Part shown: in pieces, positions 17,020 to 26,735 of the stretch
Numbering within the stretch: the first letter of the stretch is position 1
Layout: each line of letters begins with the position of its first letter
Source of the DNA: Sphingopyxis sp.
Lineage (GTDB): Bacteria; Pseudomonadota; Alphaproteobacteria; Sphingomonadales; Sphingomonadaceae
Length of the DNA stretch: 36,941 nucleotides
Assembly (NCBI GenBank): GCA_036846445.1
Contig: DAIUBZ010000001.1
Coordinates: 1 to 36,941 of the forward strand
Direction of reading: 5' to 3'
The notes under the pieces: model-generated
Databases searched by the model: none
Told to the model about the DNA's origin: nothing
The model's input: only the letters and a program-made list of their open reading frames with translations
Position numbers and translations under genes: made by a program

Positions 17020-17691
17020 TCAAAAATCCGGCTGGTCATAATGGCGCGGCGGCGCCACCCCGCCCATCCGTTCGGCCAGCAATGGGCGAAAACTGGGGCG
17101 CGATTTCAGCGCGGCATACCAGCTTTTGGTCTGGTCATGTCCGGTCCAGTCAATCCCGCCCAGATAATCGGCGACGGATATCTGCGCCGCTGCCGCCAGA
17201 TCGGCCAGGCTGAGCGTTGCCCCGCCCAGCCAACGGAAATGGTCGATCAGATAGTCGATATAGTCGAGGTGGCTGTTCGCCGCCTTCATTGCGGCGCGCA
17301 GCGCGGCGGTGTCGGGCGGGGCGCGGTGGACCACCCGTTTCAACATCCGCTCGGACAATAATGGCCCGGTGACATCGGTGAAAAAATCCTGATCGAACAG
17401 CGCGACCAGCCGCCGGATTTCCGCGCGGTTCAGCGCGGTGCCGCTGATCATCGGCTTGCCCTCGACCGTCTCGTCGAAAAATTCGGTAATCGCGACGCTG
17501 TCGGCCAGCACTGTGCCGCGCGCGCTGTCCACCATCACCGGGGTGCGGCCCGCCTGGCTGAGGCTGGTGAATTCGTCGGCCCGTTCCCACGGATGTGCGG
17601 CGACCAGTTCATAGCCCACGCCCTTTTCGCCGAGCAACAGGCGGACCTTGCGCGAAAATGGGCACAGGGGAAATTGGTGCAATTGCCACAT
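17020..17691 (-). CDS. fzlA: GST-family protein, FtsZ-binding FzlA-like
   Basis: LHQFPLCPFSRKVRLLLGEK, SLADLAAAAQISVADYLGGIDW, KSRPSFRPLL and the terminal ..HYDQPDF characteristic of FzlA. Confidence 0.82.
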   Translation of the reverse strand: MWQLHQFPLCPFSRKVRLLLGEKGVGYELVAAHPWERADEFTSLSQAGRTPVMVDSARGTVLADSVAITEFFDETVEGKPMISGTALNRAEIRRLVALFDQDFFTDVTGPLLSERMLKRVVHRAPPDTAALRAAMKAANSHLDYIDYLIDHFRWLGGATLSLADLAAAAQISVADYLGGIDWTGHDQTKSWYAALKSRPSFRPLLAERMGGVAPPRHYDQPDF

Positions 17692-17791
17692 GGCTGCGGC
17701 ATAGCGGCTGGACCCGCCATCTGGCAATGGCTGGGACCGGGCGGCGCTGCCCAAGCCTGTGGACAACGCCGCCACGGCGAAAATATCCGCG

Positions 17792-20700
17792 CTATTCCGC
17801 TGCCACTGGCTCTGCGGCGGTGTCATCCAGCGGATGGGCCAGCCGGGTCAGCATTTCCTTGGGACACACTTGCCAGAACCGCCCGCGCCATGCTGGCCAG
17901 TCGGCCAAAATTTCGGCGGCCCAGCGGCTGCCGGTCGCGGCGGCATGGTCCTCGATCAGCGCCAGCAACCGCGCCTCCCAATGCGCGCTCGCCAGCCGCT
18001 GCCAGATGATCGTATCGCCATTGGCCCGCAGGTCGAACTTGCCCGGCTCGTCCAGCACAAATGCCATGCCGCCGGTCATGCCCGCGCCGAAATTGGGGCC
18101 AACTTCGCCCAAAATCACCGCAACGCCGCCAGTCATATATTCACAGCCATTGGCGCCGCAGCCTTCGACCACCGCATTGGCGCCGCTGTTCCGAACCGCG
18201 AACCGCTCGCCCGCCTGCCCCGCCGCCAGCAAGGTGCCGCTGGTCGCGCCATAAAGACAGGTGTTGCCGATGATGCTGTTGTGCTGGCTGTCCAGCGGGC
18301 TGGCGACGGTGGGGCGCACGATAATCCGCCCGCCCGACAGCCCCTTGCCGACATAGTCATTGGCGTCGCCAAACACCTCCAGCGTCACCCCCTTGCACAA
18401 AAATGCCCCCAGCGACTGGCCCGCCGTGCCGCGCAGCCGCACCTGAACATGGCCGTCGGCCAGCGCGGTCATGCCGAACCGCCGGGTGATTTCCGCCGAC
18501 AGCCGGGTGCCGACGGCGCGGTGGGTGTTGCGGACATTATAGGTCAGTTGCATCCGTTCGCGCCGGTCGAACAGCGGACCGGCATCGGCGACAATTTGCG
18601 CGTCCAGACTGTCGGGCACCGGATTGCGGTGGCCGGGGCGCGACAGCCGCTGGTCATCGGGCGCGTCCACCTTGGCCAATATCGGGTTCAGGTCCAGATC
18701 GTCCAGATGCTCCGCCCCCCGGCTGACCTGGCGCAGCAATTCGGTGCGGCCCACCACCTCGTCCAGGCTGCGGCAGCCCAGCCGCGCCAAAATCTCGCGC
18801 ACCTCCTCGGCGATAAAGGTCATCAGGTTGATGACCTTTTCCGGAGTGCCGCCGAACTTGGCGCGCAGCGCCTCATCCTGCGTGCACACCCCCACCGGAC
18901 AGGTGTTGCTGTGGCACTGCCGCACCATGATACAGCCCATTGCCACCAGGCTGAGCGTGCCGATGCCAAATTCTTCCGCACCCAAAATTGCGGCAATCAC
19001 CACATCGCGTCCGGTTTTCAGCCCACCATCAGTGCGCAGCCGGATGCGGTGGCGCAGGCCGTTGAGCAGCAGCACCTGATTGACCTCTGACAGCCCCATT
19101 TCCCATGGCGTGCCGGCATATTTGATGCTGGTTTGCGGGCTGGCCCCGGTGCCGCCGGTGTTGCCGGACACCAAAATCACATCGGCATGCGCCTTGGCCA
19201 CCCCAGCGGCGACCGTGCCAATCCCGGCGCTGGACACCAGTTTCACGCACACCCGGGCGCGCGGGTTGATCTGTTTCAGATCGTAAATCAACTGCGCCAA
19301 ATCTTCGATCGAATAGATGTCATGGTGCGGCGGCGGCGAAATCAGGCTGACGCCGGGGGTGGCATGGCGCAGCTTGGCGATGAACTCCGTCACCTTGAAC
19401 CCGGGCAACTGCCCGCCCTCGCCGGGCTTGGCCCCTTGGGCGACCTTGATCTCAATCTCGTCGCACGCGCCCAGATATTCAGCGGTCACGCCAAAGCGGC
19501 CCGAGGCAATCTGCTTGATATTGCTGTTGCCATTGTCGCCATTGGCATAAGGGGTGAAGCGCACGCTGTCCTCGCCGCCCTCGCCCGATACCGCTTTGGC
19601 CCCGATGCGGTTCATGGCAATCGCCAACGTCTCGTGCGCTTCCGGCGACAAAGCGCCAAGGCTCATCCCCGGGGTCACAAAGCGTTTGCGGATTTCGGTG
19701 ATCGCCTCCACCTCGTCCAGCGGCACCGGCTGGGCCGGCGGGTTGAACTCCATCAGATCGCGCAGGTAAATGGCGGGCGATTCCGCCACTCCCTTGGAAA
19801 ATTGCAAATAAGTGGAATAGCTGTCGGTGCGGACCGCCGTTTGCAGCAAATGCATCAACTGGGCCGAATAGGCATGGGCCTCACCGCCGGTCCGCTGGCG
19901 GTAAAATCCGCCCATCGGCAGGGTGGTGGCCCGCGGGCTGAAGGCGGCATCGTGTCGCATCTGGGCATTGATGACCAGCGAGGCATAGCCTTCGCCCGAA
20001 ATCTTGCTGGGCATACCGGGAAACAGATCGGCCACCAGCGCGCGGGACAGGCCAATCGCTTCGAAATTGTGGCCGCCGCGATAGCTGGAGATCACCGCAA
20101 TCCCCATTTTTCCCATGATTTTCAGCAAGCCATCATCCACCGCCCGGCGGTAATTGGCCAGCGCATCGACCAGCGGCAATCCGCCCAACAGGCCGCGCGC
20201 ATGGCGGTCCGCAATCGCGGCTTCGGCCAGATAGGCATGGACGGTGGTGGCCCCCACCCCGATCAGCACGGCAAAGCCATGGGTGTCCAGCGCCTCGGCT
20301 GAGCGGACGTTGATCGACGCGAATGAGCGCAGCCCCTTGCGGACCAGATGGGTGTGAACTGCCGCCGCCGCCAGCACCATGGAAATGGCCATCCGGTCAG
20401 GGCCGATCGCCTGATCGCTCAGGAACAATTCGCTGCACCCGGCCCGCACCGCCCGTTCGGCGGCGTCGCGAATCGCGGCAATGGCGGCGCGCAGCGCGCG
20501 GTCATCGTCGCCAGCGGCAAAGGTGCAATCAATATCCGCCACCGCGTCGCCGAAATAGGCGCGCAGCCGGTCCCAATCATCGCCCACCAGCACCGGGCTG
20601 TCGATCACCAGCACATTGGCGCTCTGCCCCTCGGCATCCAGGATATTGCCCAGATTGGCAAAGCGGGTCTTCAGGCTCATCACATGGCGTTCGCGCAGGC

Positions 20701-22318
20701 TGTCAATCGGCGGATTGGTCACCTGGCTGAAATTCTGGCGGAAAAACTGGGCCATTTGCCGGGATTTTTCGGAAATGACCGCCAGCGGGGTATCGTCGCC
20801 CATCGACCCCACCGCTTCCTTGCCATCCTCCGCCATCGGGGCGAGGATCAGCTCCATATCCTCCAGCGTCACCCCGGCGGCCATCTGGCGGCGCAGCAGC
20901 TCGCGCCGGTCCCACGCTGGCAGGCTGGGCGCGGCGACCGCCGGCAGGTCGGCCATGGTGCGAAAACCGGCGACTTGCGCCGCATAATCCTGACGCCCGG
21001 CAACCAGATCCTTGATCTCGCGGTCGCCGTAAAATTTGCCGTCCACCAAATCCATGGCGATCATCTGGCCGGGGCCAAGCCGGCCCTTTTTCACGACGCT
21101 CGCCTCTGGCACCACCACCATTCCGGCCTCGCTGCCGACGATCAACAGGCCGTCGGCGGTGATGCTGTAGCGCAGGGGGCGCAGCGCATTGCGGTCCATG
21201 CCCGCCACCGCCCAGCGGCCATCGGTCATCACCAGCGCCGCCGGGCCGTCCCACGGCTCCATCACACTGGCCAGAAAACTATACATGCTTTTGTGCGCGG
21301 CAGGCATTTCGCGGTCATTGATCCACGCCTCTGGCACCAAAATCAGCTTGGCGGTCGGGGCGTCGCGCCCGGCGCGCACCAAGGTTTCAAACACCGCATC
21401 CAGCGCAGCGGTGTCCGACGCCCCCGCCGGGATCACCGGCTTGATATCGTCGCCCGCCTCGCCAAAGGCCAGGCTGGCCATTTTGATCTCGTGGCTTTTC
21501 ATCCAGTTGCGGTTGCCGCGAATCGTGTTGATTTCGCCATTGTGGGCCAGACAGCGAAAGGGCTGGGCCAGCCACCACTGCGGAAATGTGTTGGTGGAAT
21601 AGCGCTGGTGGAACAGCGCCACCCGGCTGACAAAGCTGCGGTCGTTCAAATCGGGGTAAAAATCCGTGAGGCTTTCGGCCAGAAACAGGCCCTTGTAGAT
21701 CAGCGAGCGGCACGACAGGCTGCAAATGTAAAAATCGGCGATTTGCGCGGCCACCACCTTGCGCTCAATCCGGCGGCGGATCAGGTAGAGCGTCTTTTCA
21801 AACTCGTCGCTGTTTTGCTGCGCCGCATCCGGCCCGGCGATCATGATCTGTTCGATTTCGGGCCGGGTCGCCTGGGCCTTGGTGCCGATCACGCTGACAT
21901 CCACCGGCACCTGCCGCCAGCCATAGATGGTATAGCCAGCGTCGATAATCTCGGTCTCGACGATGGTGCGGCACGCTTCCTGGGCATTCAGGTCAGCGCG
22001 GGGCAGGAACACCATGCCCACCGCCAATTGGCCGTCCAGCACCCGGTGCCCGGATGCGGCGATGGCATCGTCGAAAAACCGCACCGGCAAATCGACCAAT
22101 ATCCCCGCGCCGTCGCCGGTTTTGCCGTCGGCATCCACCGCGCCCCGGTGCCACACCGCGCGCAGCGCGGCGATGGCCGCCTCCACCACCCGGCGGCTGG
22201 GCTGGCCATCGGTCGCAACCACCATGCCCACGCCGCACGCATCGGATTCCATGTCTGGCCGGTACATCCCCTCGGCGGCGATGCGGGCGTGTTCGGGGGT
22301 CGGGAAATGGGTCATCAT
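17792..22318 (-). CDS. gltB: Glutamate synthase large subunit
   Basis: Propeptide followed by Ntn Cys (DA|CGVG), HQRYSTNT, HNGEINT, MSLGALS, KVAQGAKPGEGGQLPG, CIMVRQCHSNTCPVG and C-terminal GXGXG repeats. Confidence 0.98.
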   Translation of the reverse strand: MMTHFPTPEHARIAAEGMYRPDMESDACGVGMVVATDGQPSRRVVEAAIAALRAVWHRGAVDADGKTGDGAGILVDLPVRFFDDAIAASGHRVLDGQLAVGMVFLPRADLNAQEACRTIVETEIIDAGYTIYGWRQVPVDVSVIGTKAQATRPEIEQIMIAGPDAAQQNSDEFEKTLYLIRRRIERKVVAAQIADFYICSLSCRSLIYKGLFLAESLTDFYPDLNDRSFVSRVALFHQRYSTNTFPQWWLAQPFRCLAHNGEINTIRGNRNWMKSHEIKMASLAFGEAGDDIKPVIPAGASDTAALDAVFETLVRAGRDAPTAKLILVPEAWINDREMPAAHKSMYSFLASVMEPWDGPAALVMTDGRWAVAGMDRNALRPLRYSITADGLLIVGSEAGMVVVPEASVVKKGRLGPGQMIAMDLVDGKFYGDREIKDLVAGRQDYAAQVAGFRTMADLPAVAAPSLPAWDRRELLRRQMAAGVTLEDMELILAPMAEDGKEAVGSMGDDTPLAVISEKSRQMAQFFRQNFSQVTNPPIDSLRERHVMSLKTRFANLGNILDAEGQSANVLVIDSPVLVGDDWDRLRAYFGDAVADIDCTFAAGDDDRALRAAIAAIRDAAERAVRAGCSELFLSDQAIGPDRMAISMVLAAAAVHTHLVRKGLRSFASINVRSAEALDTHGFAVLIGVGATTVHAYLAEAAIADRHARGLLGGLPLVDALANYRRAVDDGLLKIMGKMGIAVISSYRGGHNFEAIGLSRALVADLFPGMPSKISGEGYASLVINAQMRHDAAFSPRATTLPMGGFYRQRTGGEAHAYSAQLMHLLQTAVRTDSYSTYLQFSKGVAESPAIYLRDLMEFNPPAQPVPLDEVEAITEIRKRFVTPGMSLGALSPEAHETLAIAMNRIGAKAVSGEGGEDSVRFTPYANGDNGNSNIKQIASGRFGVTAEYLGACDEIEIKVAQGAKPGEGGQLPGFKVTEFIAKLRHATPGVSLISPPPHHDIYSIEDLAQLIYDLKQINPRARVCVKLVSSAGIGTVAAGVAKAHADVILVSGNTGGTGASPQTSIKYAGTPWEMGLSEVNQVLLLNGLRHRIRLRTDGGLKTGRDVVIAAILGAEEFGIGTLSLVAMGCIMVRQCHSNTCPVGVCTQDEALRAKFGGTPEKVINLMTFIAEEVREILARLGCRSLDEVVGRTELLRQVSRGAEHLDDLDLNPILAKVDAPDDQRLSRPGHRNPVPDSLDAQIVADAGPLFDRRERMQLTYNVRNTHRAVGTRLSAEITRRFGMTALADGHVQVRLRGTAGQSLGAFLCKGVTLEVFGDANDYVGKGLSGGRIIVRPTVASPLDSQHNSIIGNTCLYGATSGTLLAAGQAGERFAVRNSGANAVVEGCGANGCEYMTGGVAVILGEVGPNFGAGMTGGMAFVLDEPGKFDLRANGDTIIWQRLASAHWEARLLALIEDHAAATGSRWAAEILADWPAWRGRFWQVCPKEMLTRLAHPLDDTAAEPVAAE

Positions 22319-22340
22319 GGGGTGCCTGTGGTTTGGGGGG

Positions 22341-23060
22341 TCAGCTGATCAGGGGGGCATCGCCGGGCTGAGCTTCGGTATCGGGGCCGGGCTGGGCATC
22401 GCGGCGCGCAGGTGGCGGCGGCAAATGGGCGGTCGCTTCCTCCACCTTTTTCATGATGGCGGGCATCGCCTCCAGCAATTTTGGCGTCATCGCCATGCTG
22501 GCCTCCAGCATTTCGCGGTCGGTGAACAGCCCCATGAACTGCGCGCCAAAGGCGCTGCCGCTGGGGGTGGCGAAAAATGCCGCCAGATCGGTCAGCACCG
22601 GCAGATCGAACCGGCGGGCCAGCGTCCGGGCCAAAGCGGCGCGCACCGCTGGCTCCAACTCGGTCATCAGCGGGGCCATTTCGCTGAAAATCACCCGCAT
22701 CATAATCTCGCCCCGCTCGGCAAAGGCCGGGTCAGCCGCCGCCATGCTCGCGCCAAGGCTCTTGCTGCCGTCCTGACCGTCGGCGACTGGCACGCCCATC
22801 TGGTCGGGCGTCAGCCCCATCATCGTTGCGATCAGCGATTTGGCCATGGTGTCGGCGATGTCGGCCATTATTCTCTGATAGGTGCCGACTGGGACCAGCC
22901 GGTCTGCCACCGCCTCAGCCGCCGCCAGCCGGGCCGGGTCGATTGGGGCGGCTGCATCAAGCGCCGCCAGTTCTGCCCCCCGTTCTGCCGCTGATGCTGG
23001 CACCGCAACCGCCAGCGCCGCAGCGAAGATCGACCGCCCCAGATATTTGCGCTTTCCCAT
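22341..23060 (-). CDS. Exported protein, DUF2059-like
   Basis: Signal peptide (..AAALAVAVPASAAE) and Met-rich helical sequence with ARRFD..LTDLAAFFATPSGSAF. SD GAGGAGG lies 5 nt before ATG 23060. Confidence 0.72.
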   Translation of the reverse strand: MGKRKYLGRSIFAAALAVAVPASAAERGAELAALDAAAPIDPARLAAAEAVADRLVPVGTYQRIMADIADTMAKSLIATMMGLTPDQMGVPVADGQDGSKSLGASMAAADPAFAERGEIMMRVIFSEMAPLMTELEPAVRAALARTLARRFDLPVLTDLAAFFATPSGSAFGAQFMGLFTDREMLEASMAMTPKLLEAMPAIMKKVEEATAHLPPPPARRDAQPGPDTEAQPGDAPLIS

Positions 23061-23090
23061 CACTGCCTCCTCGCCGTCAGGCCCCTGTCG

Positions 23091-24533
23091 TCACGCAGCC
23101 GCACGGGCGGCGCGAGCGGCAGCCATCAAATATGCCTCCATATGCCCGGCGACATCGCGGCCATCGCGGATGCCCCACACCACCAGGCTGGCGCCCCGCA
23201 CAATATCGCCCGCCGCGAACACGCCGGGCACATTGGTCATCATCGTGCGATTATCCACCCGGAGCGTGCCCCAGCGGGTGACGTTCAGCTCCGGCTCGCC
23301 GAACAGCACCGGCAAATCCTCCGCATCATAGCCCAGCGCCTTGATGACCAGATCGGCGGGCAGGTCCAGACTGCGGGCGGGGTCCGGCTCTGGCGCGCGC
23401 CGCCCGGTCACATCGGCCTGGCCCAGCCGGATGCCGCTGGCGGCGACACCGCTCACCTCGCCCGTGCCCCGGAACGCCGCCGGGGCGGCCAGCCAGACAA
23501 ATTCCACGCCCTCTTCCTCGGCATTGGCGACCTCGCGCTGCGATCCCGGCATATTGGCCCGGTCGCGGCGGTACAGGCATTTGACCGATGCCGCGCCCTG
23601 CCGCACCGCCGTGCGGACACAGTCCATCGCCGTGTCGCCGCCGCCGATCACCACGACATGCTTGCCCGCTGCATTCAGCGCGCCGTTGTCAAAGGCCGGG
23701 ACAGCATCGCCAAACCCCTTGCGGTTCGATGCGGTCAGATAATCCAGCGCCTCGACCACCCCGGCCAGCTCGGTGCCGGGGACAGCAATCGCCCGCGCCT
23801 TGTAAACCCCGGTGGCCACCAGCAGCGCACCGTGGCGGGCGCGCAATTCGGCCAGCGTCGCATCGCGCCCCACCTCAAAGCCCAGATGAAATTGAATGCC
23901 GCCCGCCACCAGCCGGTCGATGCGGCGCATAACCACCGGCTTTTCCAGCTTGAAGCCGGGAATGCCATAGGTCATCAGCCCGCCCGCCCGGTCATAGCGG
24001 TCATAGACATGGACCTCATGCCCCGCCATCCGCAGATATTCCGCCGCCGTCAGCCCCGCCGGACCCGCCCCGATAATGCCAACCGACTGCCCCGTCGCAG
24101 CGCCGGGAACCAGCGGCTCGACCCAGCCATTTTCCCACGCGGTATCGGTGATGTATTTTTCCACACTGCCGATGGTGACCGCGCCGTGGCCCGACCCCTC
24201 GATGACGCAATTGCCCTCGCACAACCGGTCCTGCGGACAGATACGGCCACAAATTTCGGGCATGGTCGAGGTGGCGTTCGACAGCTCATAAGCCTCACGC
24301 AGCCGCCCCTCGGCGGTCAGGCGCAGCCATTCGGGGATGTGGTTTTCCAGCGGACAATGCACGGCGCAATAGGGCACGCCGCACTGCGAACAGCGCGCCG
24401 CCTGTTCATCCGCCGCCGCCGGGGCGTAGCGGTCGGCAATTTCCTGAAAATCCTGCGCGCGCAAATCGGCGGGCCGCTTGTCCGGATAGGCCTGATCGGC
24501 GTCGATGAATTTCAGCATTTTTTGCTTGGCCAT
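23091..24533 (-). CDS. gltD: Glutamate synthase small subunit
   Basis: CSQCGVPYC..CP, CGRICPQDRLCEGNC, IIGAGPAG, YGIPGFKL, IGGGDTAMDC and AAGDIVRGASLVVW. SD AGGAG lies 7 nt before ATG 24533. Confidence 0.97.
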   Translation of the reverse strand: MAKQKMLKFIDADQAYPDKRPADLRAQDFQEIADRYAPAAADEQAARCSQCGVPYCAVHCPLENHIPEWLRLTAEGRLREAYELSNATSTMPEICGRICPQDRLCEGNCVIEGSGHGAVTIGSVEKYITDTAWENGWVEPLVPGAATGQSVGIIGAGPAGLTAAEYLRMAGHEVHVYDRYDRAGGLMTYGIPGFKLEKPVVMRRIDRLVAGGIQFHLGFEVGRDATLAELRARHGALLVATGVYKARAIAVPGTELAGVVEALDYLTASNRKGFGDAVPAFDNGALNAAGKHVVVIGGGDTAMDCVRTAVRQGAASVKCLYRRDRANMPGSQREVANAEEEGVEFVWLAAPAAFRGTGEVSGVAASGIRLGQADVTGRRAPEPDPARSLDLPADLVIKALGYDAEDLPVLFGEPELNVTRWGTLRVDNRTMMTNVPGVFAAGDIVRGASLVVWGIRDGRDVAGHMEAYLMAAARAARAAA

Positions 24534-24793
24534 CGCCATTCTCCTGAATTGCGCCGCACATGGCGCGAAAAGCTGGCCAAGTCACGCCAAAATCCATGTA
24601 TATATCAACATAATTGTCTTAATATCTCGCATAATCCACATCCAATTGAGTCGCCGGCTCATAGCTTCGCATCTTTATGCCCGTTTCGGCTATATTATTT
24701 TCCCGCTGCCCCCGCTGGCTGTTCGCGTGGCGCGGCGCTATGGCGGGGGCGCGGTGCGGGTTTGCCCGCCGCTTGGTCGTGGGAACTTGGGGC

Positions 24794-25588
24794 ATGGACT
24801 TTCTGCAATTGCTGTTGATTGCGATCATCCAGGGGGTGACCGAGTTTTTGCCGATTTCCTCGTCCGGCCACTTGATTCTGCTCCCTTATTTCACCGATTT
24901 TGCCGACCAGGGTCCGATGATCGACGTGGCGGTTCATGTCGGGTCGCTGCTCGCCATCATCACCTATTTTTTCCGCGACGCACTGGGGCTGGCGCGCGGC
25001 GGGCTGGCGACGGTGGGGCTGGGCCATGACCCGGTTCAGCGGCGCTTGTTCCTGTTCATCGTGCTGGGCACCATTCCGGCGGTGCTGCTGGGCCTGTTTC
25101 TGAAAACCGGTGGCTATCTGGACGGATTTCGGTCCACCCAATTGGTGGCGGTCAATCTGATCGCCTATGGCATTTTGCTGGGGATCGCCGACCGGGTGGG
25201 CCGCACCGACCGCAGCTATCAGGATATGCAGTTGAAAGATGCGGTGGTCGTCGGACTGGCGCAGGCGCTGGCGCTGATCCCCGGCACCTCGCGCGCTGGG
25301 GTGACCATGACGGCGGCGCGCTTTTTGGGCTTTGACCGGGCGGAGGCGGCGCGCTTTTCCTTCCTGCTCTCGATTCCGGCGGTGGCGGGTGCGGGGGTGC
25401 TGATTGTCCCCGATCTGGTCGCGGCTGACCGCGCCCTGCTGGTCGATGCGCTGATCGCCGGGGTCATGACCTTTTTTGCGGCGCTGGCCACCATGACATT
25501 TTTGATGAAATTTCTGAAACGCGCCTCGATGATGGTGTTTGTGGTCTATCGCATCGCGCTGGGCGCGGCGCTGCTGGCGTTTTTTTGA
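24794..25588 (+). CDS. uppP: Undecaprenyl-diphosphate phosphatase
   Basis: IQGVTEFLPISSSGHL, QALALIPGTSRAGVT, AARFSFLLSIP and FVVYRI. Confidence 0.96.
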   Translation: MDFLQLLLIAIIQGVTEFLPISSSGHLILLPYFTDFADQGPMIDVAVHVGSLLAIITYFFRDALGLARGGLATVGLGHDPVQRRLFLFIVLGTIPAVLLGLFLKTGGYLDGFRSTQLVAVNLIAYGILLGIADRVGRTDRSYQDMQLKDAVVVGLAQALALIPGTSRAGVTMTAARFLGFDRAEAARFSFLLSIPAVAGAGVLIVPDLVAADRALLVDALIAGVMTFFAALATMTFLMKFLKRASMMVFVVYRIALGAALLAFF

Positions 25589-25661
25589 TGCCCCGCACAA
25601 TTGCCAGCCCCCGCGCCCCCCGCTACGGCGTGGGGACTCACCGAACCAAAAGGCCGATGTG

Positions 25662-26735
25662 ATGCTCCGCCCCGCTCTGATGCTGCCTGTTATCATCATG
25701 GCCGGGGCATTGGCCGGTTGCGGCGGCGCCGACGGGGCGGATAAGGCCCCGGCTGCCAAGCCAGCCGCAGCCCCGCTGGCGGTGATCGTCACCCCGGTCA
25801 GCGCCGCCGCCACCGCCGCCCGCCAGCGGGTCAGCGGCACGGTGCGGGCCCGGCGCGAGGGCAATTTAAGCTTTGGCGCGCCGGGCCGCATCGCCGCCAT
25901 CCGGGTGGACGAGGGCGATGCGGTGCGGCGCGGCCAAGTGCTGGCAACGCTGGATTTGAGCGAAGTGACCGCCGGGGCCGCCGCCGCCCGGGCCGAATTG
26001 GCGCGGGCCGAGGCGGAACTGGCCCGCAACCGCAGCCTGCTGGAACAGGGCTGGGTGACGCGGGCGCGGGTGGACGCCAGCGAAGCCGCCGCCGCCGCCG
26101 CCCGCGCCGCCGTGGCCGCCCGCAGCTTTTCCGCCAGCACCGCCCGGATTATCGCCCCGGCGGATGGCGTGGTGCTGGCCCGGCTGGCCGAGGCTGGCCA
26201 GATCATCAGCCCGGGCAGCCCGGTGCTCAGCGTCAGCCAGACCGGCGGCGGCTATGTGCTGCGGGTCGCGCTGACCGATGCCCAAGTGGTTGGGCTGCGG
26301 CTGGGCCAGACGATGCCGGTGTTGCTGCCAGCCCTGCCCGGCACCGAACTGGCGGGCCGGGTGGTCCAGATTGCCGGACGCGCCGACGATCGCACCGGCA
26401 CCTTTGCCGCCGATCTGGCGCTGGCGGGACCCGGCACGGGCGCGCTGCGCTCCGGCATGATTGGCGAGGCGGCGCTGGCCCTGCCCGCGCCCGGCCCGGC
26501 GATGGTGGCAATTGCGCCCAGCGCGCTGTGGCAGGCGCGGGCGGGCGAGGGATTTGTGTTCATCGTCGACGGCCAGAATATCGCCCGCGCCCGCCGCGTC
26601 ACCCTGGGCCGGGTCGATGACGCCGGGGTCGAGGTGCTGGCCGGGCTGGCGGCGGGCGAACGGATCGTCACCGGCGGCATCGACCGGGTGCGCGACGGCA
26701 TGACGGTGAAACCCAGCCGGACCGCGCTCCCATGA
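25662..26735 (+). CDS. RND efflux periplasmic adaptor (membrane fusion protein), lipoprotein
   Basis: Lipobox LAGC, GRIAAIRVDEGDAVRRGQVLATLD, alpha-hairpin, IIAPADGVV and GLAAGERIVTGG. Stop overlaps the RND start (ATGA). Confidence 0.92.
   Translation: MLRPALMLPVIIMAGALAGCGGADGADKAPAAKPAAAPLAVIVTPVSAAATAARQRVSGTVRARREGNLSFGAPGRIAAIRVDEGDAVRRGQVLATLDLSEVTAGAAAARAELARAEAELARNRSLLEQGWVTRARVDASEAAAAAARAAVAARSFSASTARIIAPADGVVLARLAEAGQIISPGSPVLSVSQTGGGYVLRVALTDAQVVGLRLGQTMPVLLPALPGTELAGRVVQIAGRADDRTGTFAADLALAGPGTGALRSGMIGEAALALPAPGPAMVAIAPSALWQARAGEGFVFIVDGQNIARARRVTLGRVDDAGVEVLAGLAAGERIVTGGIDRVRDGMTVKPSRTALP

Noticed and set aside
24597..24610. TGT...ACA upstream of gltD as a second PpsR site
   Set aside because: The spacing is N8, not the required N12.
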